Positions 47,773 to 57,900 of a stretch of DNA of 64,000 nucleotides are shown piece by piece. Position 1 is the first letter of the stretch. Each line of letters begins with the position of its first letter. The notes under the pieces were generated by a model. The model saw only the letters and a list, made by a program, of their open reading frames with translations, did no database searches and was not told the DNA's origin. Made by a program: the position numbers and the translations under genes. The stretch is from a virus (Duplodnaviria; Caudoviricetes), in the IMG/VR virus record IMGVR_UViG_3300031994_000022. The stretch is one strand, 5' to 3'.

Positions 47773-50700
47773 TTAATATCTATTCTTTTTTAAAGTATTA
47801 TTACCCATTGCTTGACCTATAGTAATCTCTTGCCAGAATTTCTCAAGCTCTTTGTCTTGTTTCATTTCACGCTTGAAATCATTGTAGTTCTCAACATTAG
47901 GTAATTCGATTGTAATGTTATTGTTCGAAGTCACATTCCTTACATTACTAGAGCCGACATTTGGTACGGCAAGTCCAACAGTAGTAGGAATATTTCCTTT
48001 CGCAATTTCCCACAATCTTTGTGACATATCATGGGTAAAGACCATATCTCCACGATTGAGTGGTGTAAGCATAGCACCATCAGATGTACGATAGATAAGC
48101 TCGGATGCATTTTCCTGAGTCCATGCAAGCTGGTCACGAGGTGAAGCTTTAGTACCCTTAGCATAACCAAGCCAGTCACCATTTGAACCAAAGGTATATG
48201 ACTTGCCTCCGATGGTTTGCTTTCCGGTCACCATATATCCTTCGCTGTCAAAGTAGTACCAATCACCATCAATCTTTAACCACTCATTTTTTGGATATGA
48301 ACCATCGGAATATTCCCACCAATAGCCTTTGTCGTTATGTTTCCAAGAACCATCCCAACTTGAATCCCAATAACCTTCGCTGTTGAGCCAGTATCCATCA
48401 ACATATTCATTTGCGGCATATGAACCATTTCCGTATTGATACCAATTACCTCTATCATCTTTCTGCCATGAACCTTTATGGAAAAGTTCTTGGACATCAT
48501 CTTTTATAGACGCACCACCAGTTTTCTTATCGGTACCATTACTAGGTGTATCAGAACCATCAGAAGATTTGGGTTTATTATTCTCTGAATTGGTAAGGGT
48601 TATCATACCATCAGCTATTGTTTTAACATCAACTGACATATGTTCGACAATACCTTTAACACCATTCGTAGCAGGGTCGGTAACCTTCTCCATTGATTTT
48701 CTAAAATCATCAATGATACTTCCTACATTTCCAATCTTATCTCCAAGACTTTCAAAATGCTCAGTTGATTTAATATCATAATCATTTTTAACTTCTTGCA
48801 GTCCTTTAGTAATAGCTTCTCCATTCTTTTGGATATAAGGCTGCATATTATTCATAACTGCAATAATACTTTCAGTTTGATCATTAAGATATTCTTCAAC
48901 GCCAGATTTCATATCATCAAGCATCTGATTGGTTTCGGAAATATATCTGTCCCATTCAGTTTCTTCGAGTTGTTGCTGTGCATCATTTAATTGCTTTTGA
49001 AGTTCCTGACGCTTCTTACGAGTTTCCTCAGAATCATCGCCTTGATAAGCGGCAAGTTGCTTTTCGAGGTCACTGATAGATTTTGTTTGATTGGCAATAT
49101 TTTTTTGGAAATCATATAAATCCTTTTCGGTATTTAATGATTCTTTAAACTTGTCTATAAGTTCACCAAGAGATTCAATGTATTTACTAATACCTTCTCT
49201 TACAAGACTCTGCATAGCTTCCATAGCTTCTTTTTCGGCATTTGCGGTATCACGCATAGCTTGAGCTATCTTTTCTTGTTCTTCAATAATATTTTTATTA
49301 TTTGGATCATTTGCTAATTGATTGCTTACTATGGTATATTGTTTTTGATAACGCTTTAAACGCTCGGTAGCATCAGTGTATTGAGCACTGATCAGACCAG
49401 CTTGTGCAAATCCACGGTTATTTAAAAAGCCTTTATCATTATAATTATTCTCGCTTTGCAGAAGTCCGATTAACCAATCAGCTTCATTAGCTATATCCGA
49501 AAGTCTTTCTTCTAACCAATCAAACTTATCCCACTGTAACTGCATAATTGTATTATTCAGTTTAACAAGTTCAGTGTTAGATTCTTCGTAAGCTTTGTTG
49601 ACATCCTGTACTTGCTGATACATGTCATTCCAAGCTTCAGTACCTTCTTGGATTTTTCCATTGACAACAGCGTCATTGAATCTTTTCACAGCTTCATCAA
49701 GTTCTTCAGCATATTTTTTATTCTGATCTTTTTCATATTCAACAAGTTTGTCATAATATGATTGATCTACGAAATAACCATGTTCCTCAGTACGTGCAAT
49801 ACGCTCATTAATGATGTCAGCTTGCTTCTCAATGTTAGTAATTTGACCTTCATATTCGGCAATAATATTTTCAAGCAGTTGCTTATATTGATCTTTAACA
49901 GCTATCTGGAGATCCTTAACCGCATCACCAGCAGCAACAGATTTATTGTAGAGTTCTTGATAATTTTGAATGGCTTCGACAAGATACTTATTAGCAATCT
50001 TCTCGATGTCGTTACCACTCATTAAACCTTCACGAACCTTACGCTGATAGTCGCCTGTTGCCCATGCAGCTACAGCTTTATTGTATTGTTCTAAGTCATA
50101 TGCATATTGCTTAGATGATTTAGCCGTTGTCTCGTCATCGCCGTAATCTTCCCAGTTTAATTCCTTACCGTCATTAACGGCAACTTTTTTAGCGTTGCGG
50201 AGATACTCTTCTTGGGCAGTAGTCTGAGCTTTAATTTCTTGATTAAGTTGCTTAATCTTTTCGCCAATCTTTTCGTTACGTTTCGCCCAATTCTCATAAA
50301 CATCGTTGATAACTTTGTCAAGTCGGTCAATCTCTTCCTCGATACGTTGGATGGCAACTTCAATCCAATCAAATGTCTCATCGGTATCCTCAGAAGCTTT
50401 GTCGTTGTTGGTGGAGTCTCCACCACCACCGTTATCTCCTCCACCTCCGGAAGATTTAGATGAACCACCGCCACCATATTTACCAGTAGCACCAGTTTGT
50501 GTTCCGTTCCATTTATATTTAATCCCTTTAAGTGTTTTTACATCAACAGCACTAATATTTACTCTTGCATCTGATGGTGCGCCGTTAAAACCTTGCGTTG
50601 TTTCTCCAACTCTAACTGTATCCCATTCATAATCTGCCGTTATTGCACCACCAGTTATTTCGGAAATCCATGCTTTAAACTGAGCCATAGTGCCTGAAAA

Positions 50701-53700
50701 CTGAGATTGTAGACTGGCAAGAGTAGCAAGAAATGGTGCACTATTAAGATAAGCTCCAACTTCAAAATCAGACGAATCTAATTCTGCAATTTGTTGAGCT
50801 AATAAGTTAGCATCAGACCAAAATGCATCGTCATATAATTCAGCATTAAATAATATTTTTTTACTAGCCTCAACACGTAATTTTCCGATAGCCTCAATAT
50901 CTCCTTCTATGGCATCTTCAATTAGTTCGGCATTTTTAATAATAAAATCAGCATCAATTTCTGGACTAAGCTCTGGGATAGCTTTCCCTTCCTCATTATA
51001 AACAGCAATAAGATTCTGAACCTTATCAGTCATTTTTGTTATTATTTCAGAATCGCTATCTTTTGCAGCTACAGCTTTATCAAACGCTGTTTTGTTTTGT
51101 GTGACATATTTAGATAATTCTTTAAGGGCAGTTGCATGTGCTTTATAACGTTTTGTTAATCTTGATTCAACTACTTCTTGAGCATTAGTTATACCTTGTT
51201 CTTTAAGTTGCTGAATATAATATTCCTTTTCGGCATCAGTAACATGATCCAAATCATCTATAAGTGTATCTAATACACCACTTTGATCTACATATGCAGT
51301 TGCAAGTTGGTTTGTTGCAGTTTGAGCAGCGTCAGCATCACCAGCATTTTCTACAAGAGCATCATTGTATTGCTCAATAGCAGAAGAGAGGAGATTGACA
51401 TCTTGGTCAGCACCAGCATCAAATGTTGTACCACCAAATGCACTATTAACAGCCTCAATCTCAGTAGCAGTTGCTTTACCACCTTCAACTTTAGTTTTAT
51501 TGTATGCTGTCGCCAAATCATCACCAAATGCATCATCCATAGCTTTGAGATCTGCAACACCTTTAGAAGATTTGGTTTCGATTTCGACATCAACAGTGAT
51601 AGGACTCATACGTTTAGATAATTCTTCTTTCAAAGCATCATAATCTAAACTCTCTGTATCTGGTTCTAATTCTATTCCTAATGCTATTTGTCTTTCTTCA
51701 GGTGTTAATTCTTCCAAATACTTATCCGACCAATTATCACCCATAATCTCTTTAAGATGCTCATATTGTTCATCAAGATTTTCTATACCTGGTTCTAATG
51801 GATGTGATTTTACATAATTAGTCAATGTTTCATAAGACGATTGTGCATCTTGAGTACTCTGTTGAAAATCTTTGCCCATAGAATCATAGTCTTTTGCTAA
51901 ATTCCATGCACCAAATTTACCAGAGAAATGCATAAGATAACCAGCATCTACGGCACCAATACCTTCGTTACCAGTAACTTCGTCAACACCAGCTATAAGC
52001 CCTTTACCGTATTCTTCTCCATATTTTTTACCATCGGCACTATCAATTTTTAATATTTCATCAATAGATATTTCACCATCTTCAGCAGCTTTTGCTATTA
52101 CCGAATCAATGTAATTATATACTTCATTTTTTCCTAAAAATACAGCACCATCTTCCGTCTGTAAAATAGGTGTGAAGGCAATTGTGTGTTCAGTCTCATC
52201 CCATTCAAACGTACTACTGCCACCAAAAACAGTATCAATCGTACCAACTTCAGGATTATAATTATCCCAAGACGCCAACTCTTTTTCATATGTTTTCTTC
52301 AACTCGTCAGACCATTCGATAATGGTTCGTTTATCCATATCGACATTGCCAAACTTATGAAGCACACCACTATCAATATCATTTTCAAATTGAAGATAAT
52401 CTTTTCCAGCTTCTTTGCCCCAATCTGATAGTTTTTGACGTTCACGATCTACTTCGGATTCTTCTGCTTGTATCTTATGAATATTTCCCTCGGAATCATA
52501 ATAAGTGCCACCAATTTCAGGTATATTTTCTGGATTATATTTATCATTTATTCCCTTTAAGGTAGAATCATATATTGCTCTTTTATAATTTAATATGGCA
52601 TTTAACGTATCATCGTCAATTCCTTGTTCTTCTAATTTTGCAAAGAATTCCTCATTCATTGATTTTAACTTATTAAAATCAAATTCTTCCATGTTATACA
52701 TATCTTCAACAACTTTATTGAATTCTCCAGCAAAATCATAATCAAGGCTTTCGTCATTACTCCAATCAGTTAACAACTGGTTAAAATTATTTGGATCAAT
52801 CATAGATTGAAGATTATTTATATACCCAACATATTCTTCATAAATATCTTCATATCCAGCTATAATATTACCTTCTGAATCTTGAAAAGAAGCTAATACT
52901 TCATATAATGTATTAATATATTCAGTGATTTCAACAGTATTTTTATCAACAACTTCTTTCCATTTTAATTGATCTTTTTCGTTACCTTCTCTAATTGCGT
53001 TGACATACTGATTGTATCCTTGTTGTGTATAGTCATTTTGATAATACTCAGCCCAATCTTTATAACTAGCATTAGTTTCTTCATTCGCAACCACCTTGCC
53101 ATTATCTTCAAGACTATATGTTTTGCCCGTATAACCAGTATTCAGAACATCCTTAGCATTAATAGCAGCACTTTCACGTTGAAGTTTAATATTTGTTTCT
53201 AAGATACGCTGTTGAGATTCTAACAAGGATTTGGTTCTTGCCAACCTATCTATGTCTCCTTGATCTGATAATGTCAAAGTTCCCTTGGCTTGAATGGATG
53301 CTATATCATCATCAATCTTTTTAATCTGAGAATTTAAACTACTTAATTCACTTTCAGAAGATTGTAATTCACTCACGGATTTATCAAGTTTTTCAGTAGC
53401 TTTTGAAATAGCCTCCAATTCTTTTTCTTTTTGAGCTTTGCCAGTAAGTTCATCCCAAAGTTCTTTAGCTTTGTCAATAATCCAACTTACAGCCGCCATT
53501 ATAGCCGCTGAAGTCAAGGCATTAACAATAGATTTACCCACACTTTTAAAAGCGTTGCCAAGTTTAGTAGTCTTATTAGATGTTTCATCCATTATTGAGT
53601 TAATGCCTTTAACAGCAGCTTGACCAGTTTCACCAGTTTTTTGTAATTCAGTTTTTAATTCTTGTAACTTGGTTTTAACATTGTCTGTTAAGTTAACCGA

Positions 53701-53856
53701 GTTCTCTAAATCCATACCTAAGAATTTTGCCGTTGGATCTGAAGAATTTAATTGTATATAATCTAAAACATTATTATATTGATTAATATCTTTTTTATTA
53801 TTGGCATGTTGATACATCGCACCAATCAATGTACCAGAATCGTTTGTATTAAATAG
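47773..53856 (-). CDS. Tape measure protein, exon 2
   Basis: Long helical ORF, ETFDWIE..I.R motif; its ATG has no RBS and supplies the intron omega-G; C-terminal cell-wall-binding repeats. Confidence 0.88.
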   Translation of the reverse strand, partial: LFNTNDSGTLIGAMYQHANNKKDINQYNNVLDYIQLNSSDPTAKFLGMDLENSVNLTDNVKTKLQELKTELQKTGETGQAAVKGINSIMDETSNKTTKLGNAFKSVGKSIVNALTSAAIMAAVSWIIDKAKELWDELTGKAQKEKELEAISKATEKLDKSVSELQSSESELSSLNSQIKKIDDDIASIQAKGTLTLSDQGDIDRLARTKSLLESQQRILETNIKLQRESAAINAKDVLNTGYTGKTYSLEDNGKVVANEETNASYKDWAEYYQNDYTQQGYNQYVNAIREGNEKDQLKWKEVVDKNTVEITEYINTLYEVLASFQDSEGNIIAGYEDIYEEYVGYINNLQSMIDPNNFNQLLTDWSNDESLDYDFAGEFNKVVEDMYNMEEFDFNKLKSMNEEFFAKLEEQGIDDDTLNAILNYKRAIYDSTLKGINDKYNPENIPEIGGTYYDSEGNIHKIQAEESEVDRERQKLSDWGKEAGKDYLQFENDIDSGVLHKFGNVDMDKRTIIEWSDELKKTYEKELASWDNYNPEVGTIDTVFGGSSTFEWDETEHTIAFTPILQTEDGAVFLGKNEVYNYIDSVIAKAAEDGEISIDEILKIDSADGKKYGEEYGKGLIAGVDEVTGNEGIGAVDAGYLMHFSGKFGAWNLAKDYDSMGKDFQQSTQDAQSSYETLTNYVKSHPLEPGIENLDEQYEHLKEIMGDNWSDKYLEELTPEERQIALGIELEPDTESLDYDALKEELSKRMSPITVDVEIETKSSKGVADLKAMDDAFGDDLATAYNKTKVEGGKATATEIEAVNSAFGGTTFDAGADQDVNLLSSAIEQYNDALVENAGDADAAQTATNQLATAYVDQSGVLDTLIDDLDHVTDAEKEYYIQQLKEQGITNAQEVVESRLTKRYKAHATALKELSKYVTQNKTAFDKAVAAKDSDSEIITKMTDKVQNLIAVYNEEGKAIPELSPEIDADFIIKNAELIEDAIEGDIEAIGKLRVEASKKILFNAELYDDAFWSDANLLAQQIAELDSSDFEVGAYLNSAPFLATLASLQSQFSGTMAQFKAWISEITGGAITADYEWDTVRVGETTQGFNGAPSDARVNISAVDVKTLKGIKYKWNGTQTGATGKYGGGGSSKSSGGGGDNGGGGDSTNNDKASEDTDETFDWIEVAIQRIEEEIDRLDKVINDVYENWAKRNEKIGEKIKQLNQEIKAQTTAQEEYLRNAKKVAVNDGKELNWEDYGDDETTAKSSKQYAYDLEQYNKAVAAWATGDYQRKVREGLMSGNDIEKIANKYLVEAIQNYQELYNKSVAAGDAVKDLQIAVKDQYKQLLENIIAEYEGQITNIEKQADIINERIARTEEHGYFVDQSYYDKLVEYEKDQNKKYAEELDEAVKRFNDAVVNGKIQEGTEAWNDMYQQVQDVNKAYEESNTELVKLNNTIMQLQWDKFDWLEERLSDIANEADWLIGLLQSENNYNDKGFLNNRGFAQAGLISAQYTDATERLKRYQKQYTIVSNQLANDPNNKNIIEEQEKIAQAMRDTANAEKEAMEAMQSLVREGISKYIESLGELIDKFKESLNTEKDLYDFQKNIANQTKSISDLEKQLAAYQGDDSEETRKKRQELQKQLNDAQQQLEETEWDRYISETNQMLDDMKSGVEEYLNDQTESIIAVMNNMQPYIQKNGEAITKGLQEVKNDYDIKSTEHFESLGDKIGNVGSIIDDFRKSMEKVTDPATNGVKGIVEHMSVDVKTIADGMITLTNSENNKPKSSDGSDTPSNGTDKKTGGASIKDDVQELFHKGSWQKDDRGNWYQYGNGSYAANEYVDGYWLNSEGYWDSSWDGSWKHNDKGYWWEYSDGSYPKNEWLKIDGDWYYFDSEGYMVTGKQTIGGKSYTFGSNGDWLGYAKGTKASPRDQLAWTQENASELIYRTSDGAMLTPLNRGDMVFTHDMSQRLWEIAKGNIPTTVGLAVPNVGSSNVRNVTSNNNITIELPNVENYNDFKREMKQDKELEKFWQEITIGQAMGNNTLKKNRY

Positions 53857-53872
53857 CATATTAATATATAAT
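53844..53872 (+). promoter_or_regulatory. sigma-A-type promoter for the intron cargo gene
   Basis: TTGTAT(53844-49)-17 nt-TATAAT(53867-72). Confidence 0.7.
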
Positions 53873-54938
53873 ATCTTTGTGAAACATTATATATAAGGAG
53901 AGTACATTATGGGGATATTAAGATATTGTCAACATTGTATGGGAATAAATAAAACTAGTAAAGAAGAAACTGATCCGAGAAATGGTTTTACAGTAACATT
54001 AGTTTATTATACGTTTTATCATGGCTTTGTAGCCAATGATATGGTAACAACATGCCCAATGTGTCAAGGCGAATTAACAAAAATGAACCTAACCACAGAA
54101 GAGTGGAAGTATACAACTAATGTATCACTTGACCAAGATTTCATTTTTGCAATGGACAAATTAAAACAAGATGATATAATCGAATTTAATATAAAAATTG
54201 CAAAATTTAAAGAAACTTATGATACCGTTGAACTTGCTCGTGTTCAAGCTAGATCTACAAGTTCGTCATCTACCCAATCCACCAACATCCCCAAATGCCC
54301 AACGTGTGGCAGTACCGACATCAAGAAAATATCCGGTACAAAGAGATGGTTGGGTACAGGATTGTTTGGTCTTGCTTCATCCGATTTAGGAAAGACTATG
54401 CAGTGCAACTCGTGTGGATATAAGTTTTAAATATTTCTACTCATGCGCACAAACCGCTAGTAGAAGAGTAGTAGCACTACTAGCCGGAGCTTTTTCATAG
54501 GCTTCTCAAACCTATGTCTTGGACTCTACCTTCATGCCTTTCGACACGCCCACTTGAGAGCCTCTGGGGGCGACACTTATTAACTGTTCAAAAATTGCTA
54601 AATTTGAACAGTTAAAAAAAATAATAATTATTTAAGTGTTCAAAATTTGCCAAATTTGAATAGTTACCAGTACGTCTCCCTGCTGATTGGATTATTGGGT
54701 AGGATATAACGGTGTACCGTTATACTTGAGAACCAATAACCTTTCCAGTCCTTGTGCGAGCCTCACGGACATCGCAGAGTGCGGAGCTACCCACACCCAT
54801 ATCAGTGGTACGAGAGCCAATAAAACCCTCGTTTGATTTTACTTGTGTATCCTACGCCAATAATGGCGGTCTTTGTGTTTTACCCACGGTTATTTAGCCG
54901 TGGCACGGGAATACACCTGAGCCTACTTAATTACTTTA
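53857..54938 (-). mobile_element. Group I self-splicing intron in the tape measure gene
   Basis: P1 CUGGGU/GCUCAG with U.G at 5' splice site; 9-bp P10; P4 CUGAUAUGG/CCAAUCAG; P7 GGCUCU/AGAGUC; P8 GAAA and P9 GAGA loops; omega-G; in-frame ligation KLG|LFN. Confidence 0.92.
53909..54430 (+). CDS. Double zinc-ribbon protein encoded antisense inside the intron
   Basis: AAGGAG RBS; CQHC...CPMC and CPTCGST...GLFGLAS..LGK..QCNSCGYKF. Confidence 0.88.
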   Translation: MGILRYCQHCMGINKTSKEETDPRNGFTVTLVYYTFYHGFVANDMVTTCPMCQGELTKMNLTTEEWKYTTNVSLDQDFIFAMDKLKQDDIIEFNIKIAKFKETYDTVELARVQARSTSSSSTQSTNIPKCPTCGSTDIKKISGTKRWLGTGLFGLASSDLGKTMQCNSCGYKF

Positions 54939-57900
54939 ACCCAGCTTTTTGGTACCTATGACAGTACCAATACCTATAATGGCAGTTTTAAATAAACCAA
55001 TCTTATTAACAATAGCATCTAATATCTCGATAAATTTAGTTCCAGTATCAATTAAACCTTTAAGAAAATCGGAATTAATTGCATCATTTATTAATTCTTC
55101 AAGAGCTGCTTTTGCTCTATTTATGGAATATTCAAGACCTTGCTCAAAATTCTCTTGCTCACGCATAGCACTACCAGCACTATTCTCAGCAGTTTCGTAT
55201 GCAGATTCTAGAGTGTCAATATTGTCAAGAATGGCGAAAAGCGTATTCGCATTTCTTTTTCCAGCTAGTGCCTCTCCAAGAGATGCACGTTCTATATCAT
55301 CAAGATTCTTCCATTCTTTTCCAATACCTATAAGAATATCATATATAGATTTATATGTTTTTTGATCAGCTTCAAGAATATCAAAACCAGTAAGTGATTT
55401 AACTAAACCTTGGAGTTTAGAAGTTGTTTCGGTAAACTCATCTGCTTCTTCTCCAAGCTCCTCGAGATCCGTTTTAGATCCACGAATACGAGCCGAGAGA
55501 GTTTTGAATGTAGTACCTACAGATTCAGGATTCTGAACTACAGTATTTGCAGCAGTTACTAATGCCACAGATTGTTCTAAAGAAGTGTTAGCGGCATTAA
55601 GAGACGCAGCTGAACGCTGTAATGCCTCACCAATACCAGCGGTATCTATTGCATAATTATTTGCCACTTCATTAAATACATCCACAATATGTTCCGCTTC
55701 ATCAGCTTGCATCTGATAACCTTGTAAGGTTGATATAAGTGATTGATTAGCGGCATCAATATCTATACCATCACCAACATTTTTGTAAAGAAGTGCAACA
55801 CGAGCAAGTTCTTTGGCATCAGGTACATTGTATCCAAGACGTGCCCAATCAGCTGTTGCACTGATTGTGTCGGTTATAGTTGAACCTAAATCTTTAGCTG
55901 TATCAGCATACGATTGAAAATCGCCTTTAATCTGTTCAAGACTTTGTTCAGATACTTTAGCAAGTTCAACCATTTGAACGTTAAGATCTTGTATGGTTGT
56001 AAATGCTTGGCGAGCATAACGAATTATGTCTTGGAAACTAAAGTATTGAGCAAAGAACTTTGCATTCATATCAGATAAACGATGAGAGAATTGACTTAAA
56101 AATCCCCCTCCTTTTACATCATCACCTAATTCTTTAAATCGAGCATCAACCTTAAGTAATTCCGTGATAAGATCGTTTAATTCACTTTGAGGTTTAGAGG
56201 TATCAAAATTTTGAAACAAATTTTGTAATTTTAAATAGTCTTGATATACATCAGTTGCTTTAAAAGCACGTTTAGTATTTTTACTTAATACATCATTTAT
56301 CTTTGCTAAATTCTTCTGAATTGAATTCTCATTAGCTAACTTATTTTCAGCGAGAGTAGCTTCTTGAGTTAATTGTTTTAACCGATTTTTTGCCTCAGCT
56401 AACTCTTGCAATTCTTTTTCTGAAACAATATTAATGGTATCTGAATCACCTTGAATACGAGCCAATGTCGATCTTAATTCATCAATCTCACTAGAAAACT
56501 CAGGGATATATTTTCTCTTTTTCTCTAGTGTATCAAGTGAATTCATTGCATTATCAATATCTGAGATATATTTATTTAACGCTTTTTGATTTTGTAAATC
56601 TTTTAAATTTAATGCATCTTTAAGAGCCGCAGCACTAGTTGCTACACCTCTAGTAATTCGCTCATTTTCTTCCTCAGTAAAATTAAGTTTCTTAAGTTCG
56701 GTTATCTCATCATCAATCTTAGCGATTTCTTCATCTCTAACTGAATTATCGCCATTTTTTATTTTTTTGATCTCAAGTTTATTACGTTCATTAACCAACT
56801 TAATGTATCGGCTTATACTTTTTTCTCGCTCTTTATCTGAATCTGCATCGTCTGATTTTTTTGTCTTTGTTTTATTTTCAGATTTATTTAATTCTTCGTT
56901 GGCTTCAGCTACGGACTCTTTCGCTTTGGCAGTCTGTTTAGCCGATTCAGTAACGTTATCTAATGACGATGATTCACTATTCAACGATGCCTCTGTTGGC
57001 TCGGTTGACGCTGCTAATTCTTCGTTGGCTTCTTTTACAGACTTCTTAGCTTCAGCCGTTTGTTTTGCTGATTCTGTTACATTATCTAAATCCGTTTGAC
57101 TTATATGGGTTTCTATAGGTTTCTTATTTTTTACTTTAACATTTACGCTATTTTTACTATTTGTATCAATAGGATTATTGTTAATAATCTGTACTTGTGT
57201 AGTTATTTCTTTAAACTTTTCAATAACTGAATCTAACAATCCAGATATCTTTTCTAAAGATTCTCCAAATAAATCTTTTTTAGAAATATCAGATATTAAA
57301 TCTCTAATATCTGAAAGATATTGTACTATTTCTGTTAAATCTACTTTTTCGTCATCTAAATTAATAATTTCATCAGTGTCTTTTAATCCAGATTTTTCAC
57401 GCAGTTTGCTTCTAAAATAAGAATCATCTGGTGTAGGTAGGTTGATATTTGACAAGTCTAAACCAAACTCATCAAACCCCATAGCTTGTTTTAGAATTTT
57501 AAAAAAGTCCATATATCTATATATTTGACTTTCGGCTGATTCTAATTGTGAAACGTTAGATGAACCAAAAGTTTCATATAATTGATCTATACCACCTTTA
57601 AAATCTACAACATTATTAATATATGCAAATAATTTTTCTTCGCTTCCGGCTTGACCCACAACTTTTGAATATGCGTTCTTATATCTAGACATTGTAGATC
57701 TTAAATAATCTTTAGTCGCAGCTTCTCGTTCTTGAGCAATTCTATCTACTCCTTGATTGATTTGAACATTATAAACTCCAGTTCCGACTTTTTGATTTAC
57801 TTCATCGAGTTTACCTAATAAAATATCCACACTAGATATAATATTGGTAAAACCATTTTCATCATCGACAGAGCCTAACGTATTTCTTATATCTAGCAAA

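Noticed and set aside
53909-54430. Intron-encoded homing endonuclease
   Set aside because: Antisense to the intron, with no LAGLIDADG, GIY-YIG, HNH or PD-(D/E)XK motif visible; novel nuclease activity is not formally excluded
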